Notes: generated by a model from the sequence alone, not told the origin. A stretch of 64,000 bases of DNA from an uncultured Candidatus Saccharibacteria bacterium (GCA_964615205.1 CAZTQA010000001.1:64510-128509); one strand, 5' to 3'. Shown: positions 26,437 to 36,442, counted from the stretch's first letter. Made by a program: numbers and translations.

Positions 26437-27717
26437 ATGCGAAAACCCAAATTCCAAACCTTAACTGGCATGCATGATGTTTTGGGAGAGGATCAGAGAT
26501 ATTTTCATAAAATATATAAAGTGTGTGAAAATATAGCTGATTTCTATAGCTTTGATAGAATTATTACTCCTGTAGTAGAACAGGCAGAGCTTTTTGAGAA
26601 AGGAACTGGAGTCAGCACCGATATAGTGCAGAAAGAAATGTATGCTTTTAAAACTAAAGGAGGCGATGTGGTGACTTTGAGGCCGGAAGGTACACCCTCT
26701 ATTGTCCGCGCCTACATCGAACATGGAATGAGCTCTTTGCCTCAACCCATCAAGCTTTGGTATAATGGTCCTTTTTTCCGCTACGAACGACCCCAGGCCG
26801 GACGCTATCGCCAGTTTAATCAAGTTGGTTTTGAGGTTTTAGGAGAAAAAAGTTCAGTTATTGACGCCCAGATTATTCAGATTTTCTATAATATTCTAAA
26901 AGAATTAAAAATTAAAGATATTATTGTAGAAATAAATACCATTGGTGATTTTCAGTGTCGTCCTTACTATAAGAAGCTTTTAACAAGTTATCTAAAGAAT
27001 AGAGAGAGTATGCTTTGCCCTAACTGTCGCAGGAGATTAAAAGAAAATCCTTTGAGAGTTTTGGATTGTAAGGAAGAACGATGCAAAAAAATTATTAGCC
27101 AGGCACCTCAAATGATTGATCATCTTTGCGAAGAATGCAAAAAACATTTTAAAGAAGTGTTGGAATTTTTAGATAGTACGCAGCTTCCTTATAATCTCAA
27201 TCCCTATTTAGTCAGAGGTCTTGATTATTACACTAAAACAGTTTTTGAAATATATGAAAATAGCAAGGAAGGCAGAGAGCAAGGGGCTTTGTCTGCTGGA
27301 GGAAGATATGATAAACTAATTAAACTATTGGGTGGCAAGGATTTTCCTGGATGTGGTGGAAGTTTAGGGATAGAAAGAATAGTTAATATAATGAAAGATA
27401 AGGAGATTTCTCTACCTATTCAAAATCCCCCTTCAGTTTTCTTTGCTCAGTTAGGAATGATGCCCAGACAAAAAGGATTAAGTTTATTGGAAGATTTTCG
27501 CAAAGCCCGAATTTCAGTAGCCGAGGCCTTCAGTAAAGATTCTCTAAAAAATCAATTGAGAATGGCAGATAGATTGAAGGTTAAGTATACTTTAATTCTG
27601 GGACAGAAAGAAGTTTTTGAAGATATGATAATTTTACGGGAAATGAGAACGGGTAAGCAGGAGACAGTCAATATTGATAAAATTGTGGATGTGGTAAAGA
27701 AAAAATTAAAAAAATAG
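26437..27717 (+). CDS. hisS: Histidyl-tRNA synthetase
   Basis: Class II motifs (..LRPEGT.., FRYERPQAGRYRQF, GGRYD). 426 aa. Confidence 0.95.
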   Translation: MRKPKFQTLTGMHDVLGEDQRYFHKIYKVCENIADFYSFDRIITPVVEQAELFEKGTGVSTDIVQKEMYAFKTKGGDVVTLRPEGTPSIVRAYIEHGMSSLPQPIKLWYNGPFFRYERPQAGRYRQFNQVGFEVLGEKSSVIDAQIIQIFYNILKELKIKDIIVEINTIGDFQCRPYYKKLLTSYLKNRESMLCPNCRRRLKENPLRVLDCKEERCKKIISQAPQMIDHLCEECKKHFKEVLEFLDSTQLPYNLNPYLVRGLDYYTKTVFEIYENSKEGREQGALSAGGRYDKLIKLLGGKDFPGCGGSLGIERIVNIMKDKEISLPIQNPPSVFFAQLGMMPRQKGLSLLEDFRKARISVAEAFSKDSLKNQLRMADRLKVKYTLILGQKEVFEDMIILREMRTGKQETVNIDKIVDVVKKKLKK

Positions 27718-27719
27718 TT

Positions 27720-28079
27720 ATGGAAGATTGCATCTTTTGCAAAATAGCCAATAATCAGGCACCAGCAGATATAATCTACGAAGATAATAAATTTGTAGTT
27801 TTTAAAAATATTAAGCCATCTGCTCCTATTCATTTATTGGTTGTTCCCAAAAAGCATATTCCTTCTGTCCAACATTTGGAGTTAGAGGACAAGGAATTAA
27901 TGGGTGAAATGTTTTTAGTCGCTAAGAAAATTGCCGAATTACAAAATATTGCTAACAAAGGTTATAAACTAGTTTTTAATGTAGGTGAAGGTGGAGGACA
28001 AATAATCAATCATCTTCATTTACATCTAATCGGTGGATGGAAATCAGAAAAAGAAAGAGATATTCCCGGAATGCCATAA
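27720..28079 (+). CDS. HIT-family nucleotide hydrolase
   Basis: CIFCKI start and histidine triad HLHLHLIGG. Confidence 0.85.
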   Translation: MEDCIFCKIANNQAPADIIYEDNKFVVFKNIKPSAPIHLLVVPKKHIPSVQHLELEDKELMGEMFLVAKKIAELQNIANKGYKLVFNVGEGGGQIINHLHLHLIGGWKSEKERDIPGMP

Positions 28080-28095
28080 AAATTAGAATAAAATT

Positions 28096-28308
28096 ATGCC
28101 AATTAAGATTCAAAAACAATCAAGAGAAAATTCCCAGTCTTTGACAAGACGCTTTTCTAGAAGAATTCAGCAAAGCGGTCTTTTACGCAGAGCTAAAAAA
28201 AATAGATTTAGAGAAAGACCTAAAAGCCAACAGGCAAAAAAACATTCCGCTTTAAGGAAAGAAAAGAAAAAACAAGAGTACCAAAGTTTGAAAAAACTGG
28301 GAAAATAA
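28096..28308 (+). CDS. rpsU: Ribosomal protein S21
   Basis: MPIKI..ENSQSLTRRFSRRIQQSGLL..RFRERPKSQ..KK pattern. 70 aa, highly basic. Confidence 0.75.
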   Translation: MPIKIQKQSRENSQSLTRRFSRRIQQSGLLRRAKKNRFRERPKSQQAKKHSALRKEKKKQEYQSLKKLGK

Positions 28309-28323
28309 AATTATTGCTCAATT

Positions 28324-28671
28324 ATGAACGGATTGAGAGAGAAAATCCAACAAGATTTAATATCAGCTCTTAAAGAAAAGAGAGAATTTGATTTATCTGT
28401 TTTGAGAATGCTGGCAGCTGCTTTTCAGAATAAGGAGAAGGAAAAAAGATTTAATTTAACCAAAGAAAAGCCGGATCTAAAAGAAGAAGAATTAATCCAA
28501 CAAAGCCAACTAAGCGACGAAGAAATAGTTAAAGTTATATCCTCGGAGATTAAAAAGAGAAGAAAAACGATCCCAGATTACGAAAGAGGGAGAAGACAGG
28601 ATTTAGTTGATAAAGAGCAAAAGGAGATAGAGATTTTGAATGAATACTTGCCAGAAGAAACACATGATTGA
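28324..28671 (+). CDS. GatB/YqeY-domain protein
   Basis: LISALKEK....LSVLRML.AAFQNKE and the C-terminal ..E.EIL.EYLPE pattern. Confidence 0.7.
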   Translation: MNGLREKIQQDLISALKEKREFDLSVLRMLAAAFQNKEKEKRFNLTKEKPDLKEEELIQQSQLSDEEIVKVISSEIKKRRKTIPDYERGRRQDLVDKEQKEIEILNEYLPEETHD

Positions 28672-29089
28672 GATTAACAATTTGACAACCAATTCTGTTG
28701 ATGAGAATTTTTTAAAAAAAATTGCCAAAATAGTATTGGAAGAGGAGAAAAGTAGTGAGAGTAATATTTCTTTAGCTTTTGTGGGTCAAGGAAGAATGAG
28801 AGAGATAAACAAAAGATATCGGGGGAAAAATAAAACTACAGATGTTTTGAGTTTTCCAGAATCAAAGGTTTCATTTAACAAATTTAAAATTGGTCCTACC
28901 CAAAAGATTGAAGGATTAGGAGAAATAATAATTTGCTTACGAGAAATTAAAAAGAATGCTAAAAAATTTAATTCTTCTTTTGAAAAAGAATTAGCCAAAG
29001 TTTTAATTCATGGTATCCTACATCTGTTGGGTTATGAACACGAGACCATGCAGGAGAAAGAAGAAAATTATTTAAATAAAGTAATCTAA
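28664..29089 (+). CDS. ybeY: rRNA maturation endoribonuclease YbeY
   Basis: HGILHLLGYEHE zinc motif. Start taken at the internal ATG 28664 (MIEINN..); the track ORF begins at 28640. Confidence 0.85.
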   Translation: MIEINNLTTNSVDENFLKKIAKIVLEEEKSSESNISLAFVGQGRMREINKRYRGKNKTTDVLSFPESKVSFNKFKIGPTQKIEGLGEIIICLREIKKNAKKFNSSFEKELAKVLIHGILHLLGYEHETMQEKEENYLNKVI

Positions 29090-29094
29090 TTTTT

Positions 29095-30309
29095 ATGCCC
29101 AAAAAAGATTTCATAACCGGATTGGATATTGGCACTGGATCTATTAAGGGTTTGATCGCGGTAAAGAGAAACGGTTCTCCTAATTTTGATGTTTTAGGTA
29201 GGGCAGAAAAATTTTCTTTAGGAATTAGACGAGGTATAATTATTAATCCAGATGTTGTTTCTGATAATATTCGGTGGGTTATTAACCAACTTGAAAACGA
29301 ATCTGGGCAGAAAATCAGAGATGTTTATGTAAACTTAGGCGGAGGCCATATTTTTTGCACTCCTTCTCACGGAACAGTGGTTGTTTCCAGGGCAGATCAG
29401 CGTATTTCCCGAGAGGATATTGATAGAGTGCTTCAATCAGCTCAGGCCTTTTCTCTGCCTTTTAATAAAGAAATCCTAGAAGTGTATCCCAGGGAGTTTA
29501 TCGTTGATGGAGAAAAAGGAATAAAAGAAGCTGAAGGTATGAGGGGTGTAAAGCTGGAAGTAGATGCTCTGGCTCTCTGTGCTTTTACTCCTTATTTAAA
29601 TAATTTAAGCAAGGCAGTTTTAAATTCAGAAATCCAAGTTAATGATATTATTCCTTCTGTTTTAGCTTCTGGCAGATCAGTTCTTTCTCCTCGTCAAAAG
29701 GAATTAGGTGTAGCCCTGGTTGATATTGGAGCTGGAACAACTTCTTTAGCTATATACGAAGAAGGGGACTTAATCCATACAGCTGTTTTTCCCATCGGTT
29801 CTGATCATATTACTAATGATATTGCTATCGGACTTCAAACAGATGTGGATATAGCTGAAAAAATAAAGAAACAGTTTGGCGCTTGTATTCTCAATGGTTC
29901 TTCGGGAAAGAAGAAAGAAAAAATCAATGTCAATAATTCTTCCTTGATTTTTTCCAAGAAAATGTTAACCAGAATTATTGAGGCCAGAGTTTCAGAAATA
30001 TTTAGGTTGGTTCAGAAAGAAATAAAGAAAGTTTCTCCTCAATCGATGCTTCCAGCCGGGATAGTTTTAACTGGAGGTGGAGCCAAGACAGCCAAGATTA
30101 TGGAATTGGCTAAAAAGAGTTTTAAACTGCCTGTGAAGAGGGGATTTGCCCAGGGTTTTTCTGAAATAGAAAATGATTCTTCCTTAAGTACGGTTTGTGG
30201 TTTAGTTTTAGAAGGTTCTTACTGGAGCAAGCCGGACACTGTTAGTTTTAATTCCGGAAAAGGAATTTTAAGAAAATTCAAAAAAATATTTAAAATCTTT
30301 ATACCATGA
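29095..30309 (+). CDS. ftsA: Cell division protein FtsA
   Basis: Actin-fold motifs GLDIGTGSIKG and VDIGAGTTS. Immediately upstream of ftsZ. Confidence 0.9.
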   Translation: MPKKDFITGLDIGTGSIKGLIAVKRNGSPNFDVLGRAEKFSLGIRRGIIINPDVVSDNIRWVINQLENESGQKIRDVYVNLGGGHIFCTPSHGTVVVSRADQRISREDIDRVLQSAQAFSLPFNKEILEVYPREFIVDGEKGIKEAEGMRGVKLEVDALALCAFTPYLNNLSKAVLNSEIQVNDIIPSVLASGRSVLSPRQKELGVALVDIGAGTTSLAIYEEGDLIHTAVFPIGSDHITNDIAIGLQTDVDIAEKIKKQFGACILNGSSGKKKEKINVNNSSLIFSKKMLTRIIEARVSEIFRLVQKEIKKVSPQSMLPAGIVLTGGGAKTAKIMELAKKSFKLPVKRGFAQGFSEIENDSSLSTVCGLVLEGSYWSKPDTVSFNSGKGILRKFKKIFKIFIP

Positions 30310-31250
30310 TTTCAAAATCGGCTAATATAAAAGTAGTAGGAATAGGAGGTTCTGGCGGGAATGCCATTTCCCGAATGATGAAGTGCGATATTAAAAATAT
30401 TGATTTGTTAGCTTTAAATACTGACGTTCAGGATCTTTCCAAGATTAATGCCCATAAAAAAATACATATTGGAAGAGAAATAACTAAAGGCTTAGGAACA
30501 GGCATGAATCCTATTATAGGAAGGAAAGCAGCTGAAGAAAATATAGAGGAAATAGAACAAATGCTTAAAAACAGCGATATGGTTTTTATTACCTGCGGGT
30601 TGGGAGGAGGCACTGGTTCTGGTGCCAGCTCGGTTGTGGCTGAAATAGCTAAGAAACAGGGAGCCTTAACCATTGCTGTAGTAACTAAACCTTTTACTTT
30701 TGAAGGAAATCAACGTAAAATAATAGCTGAACAGGCATTAAAGGATTTAAGAGGAAAAGTAGACACCCTGCTTATTATACCCAATGACAAAGTTCTTTCT
30801 TTAATTGACAAAGAAACCACTCTCTTGTCTGCTTTCTGGGCCTGCGATGAAGTTTTAAGAGAAGCGGTCCAGGGTATTTCTGATTTAATTGTTTTTCCGG
30901 GCATTATCAATGTTGATTTTGCTGATTTGAAAGCCATTATGAAAAATTCTGGGCCAGCTTTATTTGGCATTGGCCGCGGAAGAGGAGAAAACAAAATTGA
31001 AGAAGCAGTTAATAAAGCTATAAATTCTCCTTTACTTGATTTTTCTATCAAAGGAGCTAAAGGTATTTTATTTAATGTTAGTGGGGGCCAGGAAGTAAGC
31101 TTAGATGAAGTTAAAAACATTGCTGATCTTATTACCCAGAACGTTGATTATAAGGCTAAGATTATTTTTGGAGCTGTTCAAAGTAAAAAAATGGATAAAG
31201 GAGAGGTAAAAATAACAGTTATTGCTACTGGTTTTGAAAATGGTTGTTGA
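30306..31250 (+). CDS. ftsZ: Cell division GTPase FtsZ
   Basis: GIGGSGGNA and the tubulin signature GLGGGTGSG, NVDFADL. Confidence 0.95.
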   Translation: MISKSANIKVVGIGGSGGNAISRMMKCDIKNIDLLALNTDVQDLSKINAHKKIHIGREITKGLGTGMNPIIGRKAAEENIEEIEQMLKNSDMVFITCGLGGGTGSGASSVVAEIAKKQGALTIAVVTKPFTFEGNQRKIIAEQALKDLRGKVDTLLIIPNDKVLSLIDKETTLLSAFWACDEVLREAVQGISDLIVFPGIINVDFADLKAIMKNSGPALFGIGRGRGENKIEEAVNKAINSPLLDFSIKGAKGILFNVSGGQEVSLDEVKNIADLITQNVDYKAKIIFGAVQSKKMDKGEVKITVIATGFENGC

Positions 31251-31557
31251 ATTAAACGATGAAAATTTCAAACAAGCAGTCTTAGAAAATGACAAGCTTT
31301 TTTTAGTTGATATGTATGCCGAATGGTGTCCGCCTTGCAAGGTAATGGCGCCTTTAATTGATAAAATCAGCCAGGATTATGAAGATAAAATAAAAGTAGG
31401 CAAATTAAATGTGGATAAAGCTAGAATGACAGCTATCCATTATAATATTGAAGTCATCCCCACTCTTTTGCTTTTTAAGCAGGGTCAGGTAGTAGATAAA
31501 ATCATTGGTCTGGTACCTCCTGAAGTACTAATTCAAAAAATTAATTCTAATTTATGA
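31240..31557 (+). CDS. trxA: Thioredoxin
   Basis: WCPPCK active site, IPTLLLFK. Start at internal ATG 31240 (MVVELND..). Confidence 0.85.
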   Translation: MVVELNDENFKQAVLENDKLFLVDMYAEWCPPCKVMAPLIDKISQDYEDKIKVGKLNVDKARMTAIHYNIEVIPTLLLFKQGQVVDKIIGLVPPEVLIQKINSNL

Positions 31558-31841
31558 ACAAAAAAGAAATTTCCAATTTAATAGATGATTACAGAATTTA
31601 TGCCCAGGAAAACAATTTGAAGCTAAACCCTGATCAAAGAATAGTTGAAGTTTTAGTAAATAAAATTTTAGAGAATGAAAAAAAATACGGGAAAAGATAC
31701 TGCCCCTGCTATTTTATTAGCAATAATTGTGAAGATTGTGAAAATAAAAAAAGAATTTGTCCCTGCCATTTTTTGAAACAAGAGGTTGAGAAAAATAATC
31801 AATGCCACTGCGGATTATTTATTAAAAATGAAAAAGATTAA
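31554..31841 (+). CDS. Ferredoxin:thioredoxin reductase catalytic-subunit-like protein
   Basis: CPC-x16-CPC-x12-CHC cysteine pattern (RYCPCYF..ICPCHF..QCHCGLF). ATGA-coupled to trxA. Confidence 0.6.
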   Translation: MNKKEISNLIDDYRIYAQENNLKLNPDQRIVEVLVNKILENEKKYGKRYCPCYFISNNCEDCENKKRICPCHFLKQEVEKNNQCHCGLFIKNEKD

Positions 31842-32757
31842 AGTCCTTCTCTTATTTTCCGGCGGATTGGATTCCATTTTGGCGGCCAAGATTCTACAGG
31901 AACAAAAAATAAAGCTTTTGGGAATAAATTTCAAGAGCTGTTTTTTTAATGATGACGTAGCTAAAGATATAGCTCGGAAGATAAATCTACCCTTAATTAA
32001 GACTGATTTTTCCGAAGAGCAAATGAGATTAGTCAAAAAACCAAAATATGGTTATGGCAAGAATATAAATCCTTGTATTGATTGTCGGATCTTGATGCTG
32101 AAAAAAGCTAAGGAAATAATGGAAAAGAAAGGGTTTGATTTTGTGGCTACAGGTGAAGTTTTAGAACAGAGGCCAATGACTCAGAACAAAAGGATTATGA
32201 AATTAGTTGAAGAAAAATCTGGTTTGAAAAAATTGATTTTGCGTCCCCTTTCAGCTAAATTGCTAGAACCAACCATTCCCGAAGAAAAAGGATGGGTAAA
32301 AGGAGAAAAGCTTCTGGGTATCTCCGGCCGTTCCAGGAAAAAACAAATTGAATTGGCTAAAAAATACAAAATTAAAAGTTATCCAGCTCCAGCTGGCGGC
32401 TGTTTGTTAACCGATAGGGAATTCAGTGAAAGATTAAGAAAGTTAACAGAAGTTTATTCTCAATATCAGGAAAATGATATTGACTTACTTAAATTAGGCA
32501 GGCATTTTTTAATTAACAAAACTAAGATAATTGTTGGACGTAACAAGAAAGAGAACCAGAAAATAAAGAAAGTGGCTCAATCAGGAGATATTTTAATTGA
32601 AATGAAAGATTTTGTCGGGCCCTTAACCTTAGTTCGTAAATATGGAAAAAGAAAGATTTCTAATAAAGCTTTACAAAAAGCCAAAAGTTTAACCCAATAT
32701 TATTCTCCTCGCACCCGTGGCAAAAAAGAGATCCAATTTATCCTAAACCAGGTTTAG
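31828..32757 (+). CDS. PP-loop ATP pyrophosphatase (ThiI/MnmA-like tRNA thiolation family)
   Basis: LLFSGGLDS PP-loop and NPCIDCR motif. Start taken at ATG 31828. Confidence 0.6.
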   Translation: MKKIKVLLLFSGGLDSILAAKILQEQKIKLLGINFKSCFFNDDVAKDIARKINLPLIKTDFSEEQMRLVKKPKYGYGKNINPCIDCRILMLKKAKEIMEKKGFDFVATGEVLEQRPMTQNKRIMKLVEEKSGLKKLILRPLSAKLLEPTIPEEKGWVKGEKLLGISGRSRKKQIELAKKYKIKSYPAPAGGCLLTDREFSERLRKLTEVYSQYQENDIDLLKLGRHFLINKTKIIVGRNKKENQKIKKVAQSGDILIEMKDFVGPLTLVRKYGKRKISNKALQKAKSLTQYYSPRTRGKKEIQFILNQV

Positions 32758-32764
32758 AAAAATG

Positions 32765-32848
32765 TGCCGGGGGTGGGAGTCGAACCCACACGGACTTGCG
32801 TCCAAAGGTTTTTGAAACCTTCTTGTCTACCAGTTCCAACACCTCGGC
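32765..32848 (-). tRNA. tRNA-Leu (anticodon CAA)
   Basis: Reverse complement GCCGAGGTG..AAGGT-TTCAAAA-ACCTT..long variable arm..GTGGGTTCGACTCCCAC-CCCCGGC-A folds as a class II cloverleaf. One A5:C68 acceptor mismatch. CCA is not encoded. Confidence 0.85.
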
Positions 32849-32879
32849 TCAATTTTAGATTAACAGAATTTTTACCCTT

Positions 32880-32908
32880 TTGTCAATTTTATTTTTTTGT
32901 GCTATATT
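32880..32908 (+). promoter_or_regulatory. Promoter of parAB: TTGTCA-17-(TGc)TATATT, 6 nt from the ATG
   Basis: -35 at 32880-32885, extended -10 at 32900-32908, parA ATG at 32915, no SD. Confidence 0.5.
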
Positions 32909-32914
32909 AATTTA

Positions 32915-33694
32915 ATGGCTAGAATTATTTCTATTGCCAACCAAAAGGGAGGTGTGGGAAAATCCAATGTGGCAGTTAATCTTCCTGTTTTTTTAAGTGC
33001 CCAGGGCAAAAAAGTTTTATTAATTGATATGGATCCTCAAGCCAATGCTACTTTGAGTTTGGGAATCAATTGTCGTAATCTACCTCTTTCTATTTACAAT
33101 GTTTTGATGGATCAAATAACGCCATCTGCCATTATCAGAAGAAGTTCTTTTTTTGGTTATGATATTATGCCTGCTTCTCCAGATTTGGCTGGAGCCACTG
33201 TGGAGTTGGTATTTATGAAAGACCGGGAATTTAAACTATCCCATATTATTTCCAAGGTTGAAAGAGATTATGACTTTATTATTATTGATTCCCCTCCCAG
33301 CTTAGGTATCCTTACTCTTAATTCTTTGGTCGGCTCCAAAGAAGTCCTTATACCTGTTCAGTGCGAATATTTAGCCTTGGAAGGTTTAGGGCAGCTTTTA
33401 AATACTATTGATTTGGTTAAAAATAATCTTGGCCAGGATATAAAAATTGCTGGAGCTGTTTTAACTATGTATAATAGAAGAAACCGTATTTCCAGAGACG
33501 TAGCTAAAGAAGTAAGAAGAAATTTTCCAGGATATGTTTTTGATACGGTTATTCCCAGAAGCGTGGTTTTAGCAGAAGCTCCTAAATTTGGCCAGACCAT
33601 TCTTCAATATGCTCCTGCTTCTCAAGCCGCTAAAGCTTACCGCCAGCTGGCAGAAGAATTAATTAATAGAGAAAAAGAAAATTTAGAATCTTAA
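32915..33694 (+). CDS. parA: Chromosome partitioning ATPase ParA/Soj
   Basis: Deviant Walker A NQKGGVGKS, DMDPQAN, IIDSPPSL. Confidence 0.9.
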   Translation: MARIISIANQKGGVGKSNVAVNLPVFLSAQGKKVLLIDMDPQANATLSLGINCRNLPLSIYNVLMDQITPSAIIRRSSFFGYDIMPASPDLAGATVELVFMKDREFKLSHIISKVERDYDFIIIDSPPSLGILTLNSLVGSKEVLIPVQCEYLALEGLGQLLNTIDLVKNNLGQDIKIAGAVLTMYNRRNRISRDVAKEVRRNFPGYVFDTVIPRSVVLAEAPKFGQTILQYAPASQAAKAYRQLAEELINREKENLES

Positions 33695-33698
33695 ATTT

Positions 33699-34607
33699 AT
33701 GAAGCAAACATTTGGAAAAGGGTTAGAATCTTTGATCCCTAATAAAATTCAAAAAACTAATACAGAATCTGTTAAAAAAGGAGAAAGTATTTTTTATGTT
33801 GATATTGATAAAATTAAATCCAACCCTTATCAGCCCAGAAAAGAATTCGATTCTGTTGCCCTGAATTCTTTAGCAGAATCAATCAGGGAATATGGTATTT
33901 TACAGCCTTTAGTGGTGAGTAAAACGGAGAAATTCAGTCCCCAAGGAAGAACCATAACTGCTGAATACCAGCTTATTGCCGGAGAAAGAAGATTAATGGC
34001 TTCCAAGATAGCTGGATTAAAAGAAGTGCCAGTAGTAATTAGAAAACCCACTGATAAAGAAAAATTGGAGATATCTTTGATTGAAAATATTCAGCGTCAG
34101 GATTTAAATGCTATGGAAAAAGCTGAGGCTTTTGACCGTCTTCAGAAGGAGTTTAATCTCACCCATGCTAAAATTGGGGAGATGGCTGGAATATCGCGTA
34201 CAGCCGTAACCAATTATATAAGATTCTTAAGTTTTTCAGATGATATTAAACAAGCCCTTAGAGAAAATAAAATAACCGAAGGTTTGGGCAGGGCTATCCT
34301 AATGACTAAAAATCTTTCTGATAGAAGATTAATTCTTAAGAAAATTTTGGAAGATAATTTAAATGTCAGGGAAGCAGAACATCTTGCCAGAAAAATAAAT
34401 ATCAGCCAACCCAACGTTAAGATTAAGGGAGATATTGTCCAGGAATTAAGGGATTTAGAATTAAAAATTAAGGATTTTTTTGGAGTAAGCGCTAAGACAA
34501 TCAATCTTCGACTCGTGGACGGAAGACCCAAATTAACCATATTTTTCAATTCCAAAAAATATGTGGAAGATTTGATTGATGATTTAGACAAAACTCGTTT
34601 AAGTTAA
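33699..34607 (+). CDS. parB: Chromosome partitioning protein ParB/Spo0J
   Basis: NPYQPRK, GILQPLVV, IAGERR, and HTH region ..GISRTAVTNYIR. Confidence 0.9.
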   Translation: MKQTFGKGLESLIPNKIQKTNTESVKKGESIFYVDIDKIKSNPYQPRKEFDSVALNSLAESIREYGILQPLVVSKTEKFSPQGRTITAEYQLIAGERRLMASKIAGLKEVPVVIRKPTDKEKLEISLIENIQRQDLNAMEKAEAFDRLQKEFNLTHAKIGEMAGISRTAVTNYIRFLSFSDDIKQALRENKITEGLGRAILMTKNLSDRRLILKKILEDNLNVREAEHLARKINISQPNVKIKGDIVQELRDLELKIKDFFGVSAKTINLRLVDGRPKLTIFFNSKKYVEDLIDDLDKTRLS

Positions 34608-34608
34608 T

Positions 34609-36366
34609 CTATTCCCACTTGGCCTTAACGATTCGCTGGGGCCATTTTTGTTTTATTTTTTTTAGATTAGGGCAGTCAAGAGTGTGTATGGAGGCTCCGC
34701 TGTTTCTGGTGATATAGGCGACTATTTTTTCTCCTGGTTTGGGAGAGCAACATTTAGCCATATTGATTAAAATCCCTTCTCCTCCTTCCAAAGATACTTT
34801 TAATTTATGAGCTTCTTCCTTCTTTTTTGTTTTTTCTTTTTTAGAACCTAAGGAAATAAAAGAAAGAATAGAGGGTATGGCTTTTTTCTTTTCTTCTTTT
34901 TTTAAAGGAGGATTGAAGAATTTTTTAATCCTGATTTTAGCTAAATTAGTTTTGACAAAATCCAGCCAGTCACGGGAGGGCGTTCTGTTCTTATTAGTAA
35001 TAATCTTCACTACATCTCCGTTTTGCAGCTCATAATTTAATTTTATTAATTTACCGTTTACCTCGGCTTCCTGGCAGTGATGCCCTACATCTGTATGGAT
35101 AGCATAAGCAAAATCCACAGGCGTAGATTTTTCGGGTAGATCAATGACATCTTTTTTAGGCGTAAAAACAAATATGCGATTGCCGAAGAAGTCAATCTTT
35201 AATGAATCTAAATATCTGTCCGGAGAAAAACCCTTAGTTTCTTCCTGCCACCGCCTTAGTTGTTTCAACCAGTAAAATTTAGTTTCTGGCGGCTTGGTGA
35301 CCAATTTTTTAATGTAAGTTTTAAGTCCTTTTTGCTCCGAGTAGTACCAATGGGCAGCAATACCTAATTCTGCTTCCCTGTGCATTTGAGGAGTGCGAAT
35401 TTGTATTTCAATGATTTTATCGTCTAAACAATTCACAGTGGTGTGCAAAGAACGATAGCCATTGGGCTTAGGTTTGGAAATGTAGTCCTTTAATCGGTTA
35501 GGAAGAGGTTTCCAAAGTTTATGAATAACGGCCAATGTTTTATAACATTCTCCTTCGTCGGGAACTATAATCCGCAGAGCCACTAAATCATATATTCGAT
35601 CTAAGTCATTGTTGTATCTTTTGAGTTTCTGAAAAAGAGAAAAGTAATGTTTTGCCCGGGAGTCAATTTGAATAGGATGTATCCCTTCTTGAATAAGATT
35701 TTTTTTAATGGCAGGAACCAATTTTTTAAGATATTTTTCTCTCTGCTCGTATTTGTCTTTTACTTTGAAAATAAGTTGTTTGTATTCTTGGGGATAAGCA
35801 TAGGGAAAAGAAAAATCTTCCAACAGTCCTTTTATTTCTCCGATTCCTAAACGATAAGCCAGAGGAGCATAAATCTCAATTGTTTCCAAAGCAATTCTTT
35901 GGGCTTTATCTGGGCGGAGACAATGAAGGGTTTTTAGATTGTGAAGGCGGTCGCAAAGTTTGATAAGGATAACTCGAATATCCTCTGCCATAGCCAAGAA
36001 CAGTTTTCTGAAATTTTCTGCCTGTCTTTCTTTTCCGTGGTATTTTATTTTTCCTAATTTGCTTACTCCGTTAACCAAAAAAGCAATTTCTTTTCCAAAT
36101 TCTTTTTTTAATTCTTCCTGAGTGACATCTGTATCGTCAACAACATCGTGAAGCAGTCCAGCGGCTATGGTGGTGGGACAGGCTTTGGTTTTTTTAAGGC
36201 AAACAGCTGTTTTTAGAGGATGAATAATAAAATCATCACCCGACTGTCTTTTTTGGTTTCTATGGGCTTTTTCAGCAAAACAATAAGCTTTTTGAATCAG
36301 CTTTGGATCAGGACTGTTCTTAAGAAGTTCTTTTAATAATTTTTGCTTGGATAATGATTTGTTCAT
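34609..36366 (-). CDS. Bifunctional (p)ppGpp synthetase/hydrolase (RelA/SpoT homologue)
   Basis: HD domain (HPL..LLHDVVDDT), synthetase domain (..YRSLHTTV..EIQIRT..H), TGS and ACT-like C-terminus. Start taken at ATG 36366. Confidence 0.9.
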   Translation of the reverse strand: MNKSLSKQKLLKELLKNSPDPKLIQKAYCFAEKAHRNQKRQSGDDFIIHPLKTAVCLKKTKACPTTIAAGLLHDVVDDTDVTQEELKKEFGKEIAFLVNGVSKLGKIKYHGKERQAENFRKLFLAMAEDIRVILIKLCDRLHNLKTLHCLRPDKAQRIALETIEIYAPLAYRLGIGEIKGLLEDFSFPYAYPQEYKQLIFKVKDKYEQREKYLKKLVPAIKKNLIQEGIHPIQIDSRAKHYFSLFQKLKRYNNDLDRIYDLVALRIIVPDEGECYKTLAVIHKLWKPLPNRLKDYISKPKPNGYRSLHTTVNCLDDKIIEIQIRTPQMHREAELGIAAHWYYSEQKGLKTYIKKLVTKPPETKFYWLKQLRRWQEETKGFSPDRYLDSLKIDFFGNRIFVFTPKKDVIDLPEKSTPVDFAYAIHTDVGHHCQEAEVNGKLIKLNYELQNGDVVKIITNKNRTPSRDWLDFVKTNLAKIRIKKFFNPPLKKEEKKKAIPSILSFISLGSKKEKTKKKEEAHKLKVSLEGGEGILINMAKCCSPKPGEKIVAYITRNSGASIHTLDCPNLKKIKQKWPQRIVKAKWE

Positions 36367-36433
36367 GTTTAATTGTAAACTTATTTTAACCCTGAAAAGC
36401 GATTTTATCAAGGTTTCATTAATCTGATTTATG

Positions 36434-36442
36434 TGGTAAAAT
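36434..36442 (+). promoter_or_regulatory. Extended -10 (TGgTAAAAT) 6 nt upstream of ATG 36449
   Basis: tggtaaaat at 36434-36442, then ttaata, then ATG. No SD. Confidence 0.4.
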
